A DNA stretch of 43,223 bases from Pseudobdellovibrionaceae bacterium (GCA_030591685.1 JAUVAX010000018.1:1-43223); one strand, 5' to 3'; shown: positions 19,666 to 28,840, counted from the stretch's first letter. Numbers and translations are program-made. The notes: generated from the letters alone by a model not told the origin.

Positions 19666-19747
19666 TATTATCCCTATATAGTATAATTACATAAAAACCT
19701 TTTGATTTAAGATACTTACATGTTATTATCCCTATACGGCATAATAA
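19666..19747. promoter_or_regulatory. Two operator-like repeats before the HTH-MNT gene
   Basis: TATTATCCCTATA at 19666 and 19724; the second copy forms the palindrome TTATTATCCC-N5-GGCATAATAA. Confidence 0.65.
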
Positions 19748-19760
19748 TGAATGGGAGATT

Positions 19761-20321
19761 TTGATGAGTGAAGATCCAAGACAACCTAGCCGCCCTGCTA
19801 AGTTAACGGCTATAGGGGCAGCGCTTAAGGAAGAGCGCATGAGCCTTGGGATGACTCAAACTCAAGTCGCTGATCAGTTTGAAATAAGCTTAAAGGCTTT
19901 ACGTAATCTGGAGCAAGGAAAGGGGAGCGTTAGTTTTGCAAAAATTTTAAAAATACTAGCGTTATTTGGAAAAGAACTTCGAGTTGGTGATTTATTAATG
20001 TCTCCACGAAAGCGTTCTAAAACTCGACCTCGGCGTGAAAATATTTTGGAGATTCTGCAGCTAATTAAACCTATTTTAGGTAAAAAATTTAATATTCAGA
20101 GTCTAGCCTTGTTTGGCAGCTGTGCAAGAGACAAAGCTAAAAATAATTCCGACATTGACATTGCTGTGCAGTTTTCGAAGAAACCAAGCTTTACTCTCTT
20201 AGGCAAATTAACAGTTTTTTTAGAAACTCTTTTTGAGGGTAATAAAGTAGATTTGGTAGAGTTTGATAAAATGCTACCAGAGGTGCATAAAACGGCTCAA
20301 GAGGACTTTATTTATGTCTAA
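19761..20321 (+). CDS. XRE-HTH fused to a minimal nucleotidyltransferase (MntA-type antitoxin)
   Basis: LGMTQTQVA..LRNLEQG HTH; GS-X10-DID motif; VDLV. Confidence 0.88.
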   Translation: MMSEDPRQPSRPAKLTAIGAALKEERMSLGMTQTQVADQFEISLKALRNLEQGKGSVSFAKILKILALFGKELRVGDLLMSPRKRSKTRPRRENILEILQLIKPILGKKFNIQSLALFGSCARDKAKNNSDIDIAVQFSKKPSFTLLGKLTVFLETLFEGNKVDLVEFDKMLPEVHKTAQEDFIYV

Positions 20322-20691
20322 AAAATATAATAATAGTGCTTTTTCTTTAAAAGAAATGATTGGTGCCTGTGTAAAAATTCAAGAATATATATTGAACACT
20401 ACAGAAGAGGAATTCTTAAAAAAAAGAGAGTCCTTTGATGCTATATGTATGCAGTTTTCACATCTAGGAGAGCAAGTAAGCCGTCTAGAATCATCTTCAG
20501 ACAGAATAATTCAACATTATCCCGACGAAGTTAATTGGCACGGACTAAATGGTTTGAGAAACCGAATTGATCATGCCTATTTTGATGTGGATGCAGAAAT
20601 GATATGGAGTTTTGCAAATGATGAAGTTAAAGATCTTGAAGGTGAATTGCGAAGGATTTTAAAAAAGCGATTTGGGCAAAGTTACCCTTAG
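20314..20691 (+). CDS. HepT/DUF86 HEPN ribonuclease toxin (start probably ATG 20314)
   Basis: R-X4-H-X-Y motif (RNRIDHAY), LGE, and overlap with the MNT gene. Confidence 0.9.
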   Translation: MSKKYNNSAFSLKEMIGACVKIQEYILNTTEEEFLKKRESFDAICMQFSHLGEQVSRLESSSDRIIQHYPDEVNWHGLNGLRNRIDHAYFDVDAEMIWSFANDEVKDLEGELRRILKKRFGQSYP

Positions 20692-20937
20692 GTTTTGTTT
20701 GTTTGGTATAAACAGCGTTATATATAATGAAGTTTTGTGATAAAAGTAACCGTGGATCATGAAATACGGTAAACGGGGACTGAGCCTCAATCTCTGTCTT
20801 TTTTTAAAAAACAACAACCCCAATGATCTCTATCGGAGACTTTGATCTGCATGTAATCTATCGAAATCAATACAACATACCAGAAAAGTGCCTTAGTATA
20901 TTAAGTATGACTAAAATTACTATAAGCGTATTACTAA

Positions 20938-21060
20938 TATTGCAAAAATCACGACGTCACAGAAGTACCGGACCCCTATATAGGTGGCCCCCAGGGCTTC
21001 GAATTAGTTTTAAATATCCTCGAAGACGCCTGTGGTGAGCTTATAACAACATTTCGTTAG
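20938..21060 (+). pseudogene. Orphan 3' fragment of the LMW-PTP gene (direct repeat copy 2)
   Basis: YCKNHDVTEVPDPYIGGPQGFELVLNILEDACGELITTFR* differs at 3 aa from the intact gene. Confidence 0.93.
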
Positions 21061-21208
21061 ATTTGCTCCTAAACTGTATGGTAGAGACGGTGACATCGCT
21101 CTAACTCTTTGAACTCACGGCTTCAAATTTTACGATTACTACAATTCACCACAGTTCCAGGGGCTTTATTGGTCTTAAGTATAGCATCTGCCGTATAAGC
21201 ACAAACAC

Positions 21209-21278
21209 TTTACTAAGCCTAACCGTTAGTAAACATCCCTTTACTACTGGACTTCCTTATTAAACAGTGCTTTACTAA
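21209..21278. promoter_or_regulatory. 31-bp-period operator array upstream of fic
   Basis: TTTACTAA-N9-TTAGTAAA (21209), TTTACTAC-N9-TTATTAAA (21240) and half-site TTTACTAA (21271). Confidence 0.7.
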
Positions 21279-21282
21279 GCGT

Positions 21283-22443
21283 ATGGGACAACCAACAGGT
21301 AAATACGTTATAAATACTACAGCCGGAGAAGAGGTTAAGGCTTTTGTCCCCAACTCTCTCCCACCCATTCCAAGGATAGAGGCTGGTGAAGATATACAAA
21401 ATTTAATTCGACAATGTGAGATCTCGTTAAGTGAATTGAAGATTGCCACCAGCATGATCCCCGACAAGGGTTTGTTCGCTTACACCTTTGTAAGGAAAGA
21501 GGCTATTTTATCTTCCCAAATTGAAAACATTCAAGCAACACTTACCGATTTATTCAGCTTTGAATCCGAAATTATTGAAATTGAAAACTCGGATGAAGTA
21601 CAAGAGGTTTGCAATTATATTGATGCCCTTAAATATGCTCAAAGACAAATTAATTTATCAAAAGGCCTTCCTATTTCTAAAAGACTCTTCCAAGAAATAC
21701 ATAAGCGAATTATGAAAGGCGTTCGTGGGTCACAAAAAAAACCTGGTGAATTTCGCCAATCACAAAATTGGGTCGGCGGCACAAGGCCTGGCAATGCTCA
21801 ATACGTACCTCCGCCCCCCTCTGAGATGAACAAATGCTTAGACCAATTAGAAAAATACATTCACCAGAGCAATCAAGATCTACATCCTTTAGTAAAAATT
21901 GGCTTAATACATGTCCAATTTGAATCTATCCATCCTTTTTTAGATGGAAATGGTCGCCTAGGCCGTCTACTTATTGTTCTTTTATTGGAAAAATGGGGGC
22001 TATCAACAGCACTATCCTTCTACCCAAGTTTACATTTCAAGCGGCACCGAAATAAATATTATGACTTACTAACCGGCGTGAGGATATCAGGCGACTGGGA
22101 GGCTTGGAATCGTTTTTTTCTTGAAGCTATTAATATTTCTGCACAAGAAGCTACACTTTTAGCGCAAAATATTTTTGAGCTCCAACAAAAATTTAGAATT
22201 AAATTAATAAATCAAAAAGATATTTCTATGCCAACGATCAGACTTTTCGAGCTCCTACCAAGTCATCCTATTTTAAACATGAACCGAGTGGTGGAAATTC
22301 TTAACGTAACAAAACCCACAGCGAACAAGGCTCTAACTCAATTGCAAAACGCAAATGTTTTGCGAGAAACTACTTCGGGTCAGCGTAACAGGGTTTTTGT
22401 ATATAAAAACTACCTTGACCTCCTAACTAAAGATACAGGGTAG
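21283..22443 (+). CDS. Fic-family AMPylase with N-terminal inhibitory motif and C-terminal HTH-like region
   Basis: HPFLDGNGRLGR catalytic motif; SSQIEN matches (S/T)xxxE(G/N); C-terminal LNVTKPTANKALTQL. Confidence 0.92.
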   Translation: MGQPTGKYVINTTAGEEVKAFVPNSLPPIPRIEAGEDIQNLIRQCEISLSELKIATSMIPDKGLFAYTFVRKEAILSSQIENIQATLTDLFSFESEIIEIENSDEVQEVCNYIDALKYAQRQINLSKGLPISKRLFQEIHKRIMKGVRGSQKKPGEFRQSQNWVGGTRPGNAQYVPPPPSEMNKCLDQLEKYIHQSNQDLHPLVKIGLIHVQFESIHPFLDGNGRLGRLLIVLLLEKWGLSTALSFYPSLHFKRHRNKYYDLLTGVRISGDWEAWNRFFLEAINISAQEATLLAQNIFELQQKFRIKLINQKDISMPTIRLFELLPSHPILNMNRVVEILNVTKPTANKALTQLQNANVLRETTSGQRNRVFVYKNYLDLLTKDTG

Positions 22444-22447
22444 TTTG

Positions 22448-22479
22448 GTGCCTGTCTGAATTCGAATTCAGACAGGCAC
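22448..22479. repeat. Perfect 32-bp palindrome between convergent genes (REP-like element or terminator)
   Basis: GTGCCTGTCTGAATTC|GAATTCAGACAGGCAC. Confidence 0.9.
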
Positions 22480-22480
22480 A

Positions 22481-23740
22481 CTATAGCGGAACCTTTACGC
22501 TTGTGTGAATAGCAAAAGTATTTGTGTCAAAATCACCGGTCGAGCCATAATAGGCTGTTTTATTTTGTTCTGAGGCAAACCCATACTCAATTGTGGCCTC
22601 TAAAGTATATTGATTAAATGATTTACCAGCACCGAAGGCAAAATAGTATGAGCGGCCAGGGGGCGCAAAACTAGCAGAGGCCAAATGACTAGCCGTAACC
22701 GGGCTGGCTGAGGCGTACCCTCCCCTAAAAATCCACTCTTCAATACCTGAGTACTCAACTGCACATTTATATGTGATTTTATCTTTCCATGACTGAGGGA
22801 TTGAGCTGACCCCTGATACACCCGGGGTCAATTTAAAACTTTTGTTATCAGAGTACTTTGCAGAGCTTAGCCCCAAGAAGGTTTGCCAATGAGGGTTGAT
22901 TTTTTTAAAGTAATCAATCGACCATTTCTCCGGAAACGAGTTTTCTGCCAAAAGTGCCCCTGAAGACCCAGCAACAACACCCAAAGGCACACACCCAAGG
23001 GTGCAAACCTCTGAAGCAAAATTCCCCTTAACTTTAAAATCAACTTTTGAACGGAAAGAGAGCCCCACGCCCCAATCTTTTTTTGGCAAATACTGCACCC
23101 CCAGTTTAAAACCCTCGTAGTCTTCACTGGAGAGTTCTTTTAAATGAAGCGCTACAAGATTATTAGACCCATCAACGGACCATAGGTTTACGTCTGCCGT
23201 TACAAATGTGCTGCGCCAACCAAGCCCTACTGACAAAACGTCATTAACTTGATAGCCCACGCCTAGCGAAAGCTCTAAAATTTTTATATCTATTGTTTGA
23301 TCAGGGGTCATCCCATAGCTTGGTGAAAAATCTATGTTTTTATACTCAGCCCTTGCCCCGCCGACAGTGTAAACACCTCCGCCAATAGATATTTTATTAT
23401 TTAATTTGTACTTACCCATAATCCCAAAGTCTGGCGAGACCACCTGTGTGCCCTTTTCTTGCGGAGGGTTGGGGTTTATTGTATTCGGAACAATGGGGCC
23501 ATTAAATGTTGAAAAGCTCGGGGATAAGTTAATACTCACTTCCTGCCCTGAACCATGCACTAAACCTGCGGGGTTAAAAAAAACAGCTTCAGCACCCTCT
23601 ACACTCGCCGAGGCAGACCCGGCAAGTGCTGACCATTTTGCTGACCAAGGTGTCGCTTTTTCAAAACCGCCGGATTGAGCTAGTAAACTCTGATAAAAAA
23701 ATAAAAATCCCAGGGCTAAACATAGTTTTCTAAGCAACAT
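22481..23740 (-). CDS. FadL/OmpP1-family outer-membrane transporter (start probably 23740)
   Basis: AVFFNPAGL hatch motif, beta-strand pattern, signal peptide, AAGGAGAG RBS. Confidence 0.8.
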   Translation of the reverse strand: MLLRKLCLALGFLFFYQSLLAQSGGFEKATPWSAKWSALAGSASASVEGAEAVFFNPAGLVHGSGQEVSINLSPSFSTFNGPIVPNTINPNPPQEKGTQVVSPDFGIMGKYKLNNKISIGGGVYTVGGARAEYKNIDFSPSYGMTPDQTIDIKILELSLGVGYQVNDVLSVGLGWRSTFVTADVNLWSVDGSNNLVALHLKELSSEDYEGFKLGVQYLPKKDWGVGLSFRSKVDFKVKGNFASEVCTLGCVPLGVVAGSSGALLAENSFPEKWSIDYFKKINPHWQTFLGLSSAKYSDNKSFKLTPGVSGVSSIPQSWKDKITYKCAVEYSGIEEWIFRGGYASASPVTASHLASASFAPPGRSYYFAFGAGKSFNQYTLEATIEYGFASEQNKTAYYGSTGDFDTNTFAIHTSVKVPL

Positions 23741-23781
23741 CACTCTCCTTAATGAAAAGTTGAACTTAACAAAGATAACTC

Positions 23782-24231
23782 TTAAAGTCCCCATTTATCA
23801 ATAAGCTGACTGAGTTCGGAGAACTCTGAAATAATCGCCTCTTGTGAGAGAAGTGCCTTTTCATTTCTTAAAGCTTGTTTGGCCTCATCTACTTTTTTTT
23901 GATCGGGGGTGGTTTCTTTCCACGTGTACTCTAATATATAGGCCCCTTTAGATTTATACTCCATAGAAGATTGGGTTACGCCGGCATTTGACATTATATA
24001 AAACCGAACAACAACCTCTTGTTGATGGTTCAACCAAACTTGACCTGTGTATAAGCCTAAATCCTCTTTTTTATTAAGTAAATAGCTCTCTTCATTGCCT
24101 TTTGAATCTTTTATTTTAACGTAAACTTGCTCTTCTGTTAAAGTCGGCACACCTTTAAGCTCTATAGCGCAACCAATACTATCAGAGCTTAATTTTGTTG
24201 AGTCGACAAAAAGTGGGTTCAACTTGTTCAT
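23782..24231 (-). CDS. Hypothetical protein coupled to the ParA-family gene
   Basis: ATGA overlap with the parA stop; no family recognised. Confidence 0.7.
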   Translation of the reverse strand: MNKLNPLFVDSTKLSSDSIGCAIELKGVPTLTEEQVYVKIKDSKGNEESYLLNKKEDLGLYTGQVWLNHQQEVVVRFYIMSNAGVTQSSMEYKSKGAYILEYTWKETTPDQKKVDEAKQALRNEKALLSQEAIISEFSELSQLIDKWGL

Positions 24232-24977
24232 ACCCACAGTTCCTCTGAAAGGGCCGCATAGGCTTTAGCCCCTTTACTTGAAGGCGCATACTTATTTACA
24301 GGCACGTGTCTATGGTGTGCCTCTTCAACAGAAATATTATCAGGTATATAGTTGCTAAAAACCTTTACCCCGATTTCATCGCGTACTTTTTGTATCACGT
24401 CGTTTGTGATCTTACGGTTTCTGTAACGAGTAATCACTATACCTCGCACTTCTACCTTATGCCCCAGGCCTGTTCTTAAGTTATTGATCGTATCTAAAAT
24501 AAGCTCTATACCTTTTAGAGAAAAGTACTCTGGGCAAATAGGGATGATGACCTCCTTAGAGGCCAGCAAAGCGTTAACCGTTAATAGGCCCAATGATGGC
24601 GAACAGTCCACAATAACAACATCATACTTTCTTTTAACTGTGTCGATGGCTTTTTTTAGCAATCTCTCACGCCCATAATGTGCCGCTAACTGTATGTCTA
24701 CCCCACTTAATAGGATTTCTGCGGGCATCACATCAAACCCGAAATCTTTGGACGAATATATGGCTTGTTTTGCTTCGACTCTGTTGACTAAAACATCATA
24801 AACGGTGCTTTCGAATTCTCTTTCTCCAAAAATAGAGTGTGTTGCTGATGACTGAGGGTCTAAATCAACGAGTAATACTTTTTTACCCATTTTTGACCAA
24901 CTGGCCGCTACATTTATAGATGTTGTTGTTTTAGCGACCCCACCTTTTTGATTAATTACAGACACAACTTTGGACAT
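24228..24977 (-). CDS. ParA/Soj-family ATPase (no adjacent parB)
   Basis: NQKGGVAKTT deviant Walker A, DLDPQ and DCSPSLG motifs. Confidence 0.92.
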   Translation of the reverse strand: MSKVVSVINQKGGVAKTTTSINVAASWSKMGKKVLLVDLDPQSSATHSIFGEREFESTVYDVLVNRVEAKQAIYSSKDFGFDVMPAEILLSGVDIQLAAHYGRERLLKKAIDTVKRKYDVVIVDCSPSLGLLTVNALLASKEVIIPICPEYFSLKGIELILDTINNLRTGLGHKVEVRGIVITRYRNRKITNDVIQKVRDEIGVKVFSNYIPDNISVEEAHHRHVPVNKYAPSSKGAKAYAALSEELWV

Positions 24978-25233
24978 ACACACCCCTGACAAGTAGAACT
25001 CTAAATATATTCAAAATCATATAAGACCAAGTGCTCGCCTGTTAAGTAAAAAATGACTCGTTTTGATACCTAAGCCTTTTAAAAACAGAGCCTTAGTAAG
25101 CTTCACTCTTAGAAAATAAATATAATTCATTAGGCACTGGACCAAAGGCCAGGGAGCAAAGCCAATATGCCCTCATCCATAGCTACAGACAACGGGGCCA
25201 CTCAATATTTATTAACTAATAAGACCTTTGGCC

Positions 25234-25261
25234 TAAAATTCAAGCCCCACTCTCCCGATAA
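25234..25261 (+). promoter_or_regulatory. Putative sigma28 promoter
   Basis: TAAA-N16-CCCGATAA, 24 nt before the start codon. Confidence 0.55.
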
Positions 25262-25285
25262 AAAATTGTACAAAGGGAGAAAACA

Positions 25286-25810
25286 ATGAAAACCATTTGG
25301 GCTACTTTTTTAGTAACACTACTTTTAACAGCTTGCAGTCGGCCAACTAACCCAACTGTGAACCTTGATGACACTGTTGGCAGTGTCGTTGCGGCCTTTG
25401 ACATACAAAATGGTCAGTACTTTCATTATGCTGATGGTTATATGTGCCAGCTTAAGAATAATAAAAAAACACTCTCATACAAAGACTCCATTTACTTTGA
25501 TGGTAAACAAATTTGCCAAACAGGTGATTTATGTAACTCTAAAAGCAACTGTAAAGACGTTGCTAGTGTCACAGATTTACATATAAATAATGATCATCTG
25601 CAGATTGTCGCTTTTGGAAAAACATATCTTTATGGGCAGGATTTAACCCAAACCGGCGGTAAGCCTGACTTTAAAATGGAGCGTAAAATTGCATCTATTG
25701 CCAGCAGCACTGGCGACGGTGGTAACCGACCTTCAACAAGTATGATTATGTATATGATGTGGGCCATTGCTTTTGCCGCGACCTTTTATATGCAAGTGCC
25801 TGAGAGCTAA
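25286..25810 (+). CDS. Lipoprotein with a C-terminal hydrophobic helix
   Basis: LLTAC lipobox; C-terminal MIMYMMWAIAFAATFYM. Confidence 0.78.
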   Translation: MKTIWATFLVTLLLTACSRPTNPTVNLDDTVGSVVAAFDIQNGQYFHYADGYMCQLKNNKKTLSYKDSIYFDGKQICQTGDLCNSKSNCKDVASVTDLHINNDHLQIVAFGKTYLYGQDLTQTGGKPDFKMERKIASIASSTGDGGNRPSTSMIMYMMWAIAFAATFYMQVPES

Positions 25811-25830
25811 TATTTAACCGAAGTTAAATT

Positions 25831-25861
25831 AAAAAAGCCTGAAGGACCTTCAGGCTTTTTT
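25831..25861. terminator. Bidirectional intrinsic terminator
   Basis: AAAAAAGCCTGAAGG-A-CCTTCAGGCTTTTTT between convergent genes. Confidence 0.88.
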
Positions 25862-25865
25862 ACAT

Positions 25866-26441
25866 TTACATGTTTTCGTTCACAAAATCCCAGTTTACTA
25901 ACTCCCAAAAAGCCTTAATGTAATTCGGGCGTGCGTTTCGATAGTCGACATAGTAGGCGTGCTCCCACACATCAATCGTTAAAACAGGGGTTAGTCCCTG
26001 GGTTATGGGGCAACCGGCATCATCTGTATTTATAATTTCCAATGCTCCGCTCGCGTTTTTAACAAGCCAAGTCCAACCCGAACCAAAGTTTGTGGCAGCA
26101 CTATTTGAAAATTTCTCTTTAAACTTTTCAAAAGAACCAAAGGCCTCATCTATAGCACTAGAAACAGTCCCCGTAGCCTCACCACCCTTATTTGGAGCCA
26201 AACAGTTCCAATAAAAAGTATGATTATAAACCTGAGCGGCGTTGTTAAACAGGCCTCCACTTGATTTTTTAATAATATCCTCAAGAGGCATGCCCTCAAA
26301 CTCAGTGCCCTGAATACCGGCGTTAAGTTTAGCTACGTATGCGGCATGATGTTTACCATAATGAAAGTCTATAGTTTCGGCAGATATATGTGGGGCAAGA
26401 GCTGATCGGTCCCAAGGTAGTTCTGGTAATTTATGTTCCAT
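25866..26441 (-). CDS. sodB: Fe superoxide dismutase
   Basis: [20 protein letters not shown] and DVWEHAYY motifs. Confidence 0.95.
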   Translation of the reverse strand: MEHKLPELPWDRSALAPHISAETIDFHYGKHHAAYVAKLNAGIQGTEFEGMPLEDIIKKSSGGLFNNAAQVYNHTFYWNCLAPNKGGEATGTVSSAIDEAFGSFEKFKEKFSNSAATNFGSGWTWLVKNASGALEIINTDDAGCPITQGLTPVLTIDVWEHAYYVDYRNARPNYIKAFWELVNWDFVNENM

Positions 26442-26621
26442 TGCGTTCTCCTTAAATTAAAAAATTGAATAATGATTCTATCCTTTACGGGACATTATGT
26501 CCAGCCAAACCAAAAGCAATACTCATCCTTCATTTTTTAGATTAAAAAATGTGCGTTTAACTAAGCCGGCTTTAACTACAAAGCGGTGGCTATGCGTCAT
26601 ACATAATTTATCTAAACGTCT

Positions 26622-27623
26622 TTAACTGGGCAGTCTTCCCGAGAGGATCTCAGCCATGGGCCTCGTTACCTCAATGCGTGATAAAATTATTTTTAATATA
26701 GCCGTTATAGGAACAGCCAAAAACATACCCGGCAAGCCCCAGATTTGCCCCCAAAATATTAAAAACAATAAAATAGTTATTGGGTGCAGGTCTAAAGATT
26801 CGCCCATAATTTTAGGTTCAATAATGTTTCCAATAGCAAATTGCAACGAGCCACATCCAACAAGGACCACCATAAACTGCCACCCGAGCCCGTACTGCAA
26901 CAGCACAACGGGCAAGGGCAATAGGGTTGCAAATATAGACCCAAAATTGGGTATAAAGTTAAATAAAACCGTAAGAAGAGCAAACATAAAGGCCAACTCC
27001 ACGTTTAATAAACCTAAAATAATGCCCACTAAAAGGCCCGTCATCACAGACATAGTCAGCTTTGTGACAATATATTTAGAGATTTTTAACTGTAGCATTA
27101 CTAACAGCTCGCCCTGTTGCCCCTGAGAGCGTGACCCAAGAATTAAAAATAAACAAAAAATCATAATAAGTACAAAGTTACCCATAAATCCGGCCAAGGC
27201 ACCGGTCATACTTTTAACAGCGCCAAAGAGTTGAAAATCCTGAAGGCGTTCGTCTATATTGATGTCCCCCATTGAAAGCCCATAAGAGGCTAAGTAAGTC
27301 TCAAAATTAGCCGCCAATGCCACAACACGCTCCTTATAAACGTCGGCGCTGTCATAAAAACTACCTATAGAGCTAGAGATTATAAATACTAGCCCTAAGC
27401 TCAGAGCCATAAACCCTAAAAACACAAACAATGCCGCCGGTAAACGAGGGAGCTTAAGTTTACCCTCAATCCAGTCAATTAAAGGGTCCGCTGCTGAATA
27501 TATAAAGATGGCAAACACAAACGGGACAAGGACCTCTTTCATAAAATGCAAAGCAAAAGCTAAAGCAAATATTAACAAACAAATTAAACAAAAATATATG
27601 TTTCGCAATAGTTTTTCAGTCAT
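26622..27623 (-). CDS. AI-2E family transporter
   Basis: Multi-TM protein with NFIPNFG, IEPKIMG..L.LHP and WG..GMFLAVP motifs. Confidence 0.9.
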   Translation of the reverse strand: MTEKLLRNIYFCLICLLIFALAFALHFMKEVLVPFVFAIFIYSAADPLIDWIEGKLKLPRLPAALFVFLGFMALSLGLVFIISSSIGSFYDSADVYKERVVALAANFETYLASYGLSMGDINIDERLQDFQLFGAVKSMTGALAGFMGNFVLIMIFCLFLILGSRSQGQQGELLVMLQLKISKYIVTKLTMSVMTGLLVGIILGLLNVELAFMFALLTVLFNFIPNFGSIFATLLPLPVVLLQYGLGWQFMVVLVGCGSLQFAIGNIIEPKIMGESLDLHPITILLFLIFWGQIWGLPGMFLAVPITAILKIILSRIEVTRPMAEILSGRLPS

Positions 27624-27830
27624 AAGCTCTCCAAAATAAAGTCAAAGGGATCGTCTCATAATAAATACATTATAGCATCTTTATAATCCTGACCAATGAC
27701 CACCTGTTCGCAAATTTATTAATTAAGGCCAAAGTACTTATTTAAATTTGTGATGTTTTTACTTTTACGGACCTTGACTTGTTATAGTTTTCACACAAAT
27801 TAAGTTTGTTAACCAATAAAGGAGAGTCAC

Positions 27831-28304
27831 ATGAAACACCTAAGCCCGTTTAACAAAAGATTAACTCATTCATTTTTTGCTGACTTTGATGGAGCCTTTG
27901 ATAATTTTTTGCAAACGCCCCAGCTTGGTGAAGCCAACTTTCAACCCAGAACTGACATTGAAGAGCATAAAAACCACTACCTACTTAGCCTGGACTTACC
28001 AGGGGTTGAGGACAACGACATCAACATTGATGTTGACGGCGACCGGCTCACTATCACTGGTGAGAGAAAAAAGGAGCATCAATCAGAAGATGAAAATGGC
28101 TATAAAAGGTATGAGCGTTTTTATGGAAACTTTATGAGAAGCTTCTCTCTGCCGAACGCGATTGATTCAGACCAGATTGATGCTAACTTTGAATCGGGAG
28201 TGTTACACATACTTATCCCAAAAAGAGGTGAAACTAATAAGTCAAAAGTAACGGTAAAAGCCGGAGAAAAAGAAGGTTTACTAGCAAGGTTAATTGGCAA
28301 ATAA
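27831..28304 (+). CDS. Hsp20/alpha-crystallin small heat-shock protein
   Basis: DLPGV, ERFYGNFMRSFSLP and GVLHILIPK motifs. Confidence 0.93.
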   Translation: MKHLSPFNKRLTHSFFADFDGAFDNFLQTPQLGEANFQPRTDIEEHKNHYLLSLDLPGVEDNDINIDVDGDRLTITGERKKEHQSEDENGYKRYERFYGNFMRSFSLPNAIDSDQIDANFESGVLHILIPKRGETNKSKVTVKAGEKEGLLARLIGK

Positions 28305-28365
28305 AACTCAATTAAAACACTACACCCACCCTTAGTTAAGTTAGCATCTCTGTTGTGCTAACTTT

Positions 28366-28400
28366 AAGAGGCTGCTTTAAAAAAGCAGCCTCTTTTTTTT
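28366..28400 (+). terminator. Intrinsic terminator after hsp20
   Basis: AAGAGGCTGCTTT-AAA-AAAGCAGCCTCTT followed by a T-run. Confidence 0.88.
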
Positions 28401-28840
28401 ACCCATATTTAAAATAAAATAAGTACGAAATGTTTACATGTAAAACTTCGCCTCAAAAAACTCCGCTCTGCACTAAAGAGAATACCGCAAAAAAAGTATA
28501 GTTTTAATGCTCAAATTAAGCCCCTTATGCTTAACCTGAGCCTATTGGGCCCTATCCTGTCAGCGCCCAAAAAAATCATCTATTTTTAATGCTACAGCAT
28601 TAAAAGCACCTTGTTTTTGACAAAAATAGCTCACTAAAATGCACTAGTTTCATGGTTTCAGGCCATGGCTCCTAGGCAAAAAAAACACTTCTCTACATGG
28701 GGACAAAAACACTAGTGTTTTCAGGCCAATCAGAGGTTGTAAAAAATTCACAGCACCTTTTATCGCCCACAAAATAGTGTTACTTTTTTGCATGTAAAGA
28801 GATGACGACCCAGACTGAATAATGTTTTTAGGAGCAAATA

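Larger units (their letters stand above)
17987..20937. mobile_element. Integrase-free genomic islet bounded by a duplicated LMW-PTP 3' end
   Basis: Flanking 123-bp direct repeats; accessory cargo; the + strand looks G-rich here but C-rich in flanking genes (by eye). Confidence 0.75.

Noticed and set aside
20823..21038. 71-aa ORF from the ORF track
   Set aside because: Its 3' half is an off-frame reading of the duplicated LMW-PTP tail, and it has no RBS or motif.
21209..21278. Periodic repeats considered as a mini-CRISPR array
   Set aside because: The period is only 31 bp with 8-bp palindromic arms and there are no cas genes; this fits operators.
26465..26482. Fur-box-like AATAATGATTCT upstream of sodB
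   Set aside because: Only about 9/14 match to the 7-1-7 consensus in AT-rich DNA; plausible but unsupported.
28338..28364. CIRCE-like TTAGCA..TGCTAA next to hsp20
   Set aside because: The spacing is too short for TTAGCACTC-N9-GAGTGCTAA and it lies downstream of the gene; it is better explained as a 3' hairpin.
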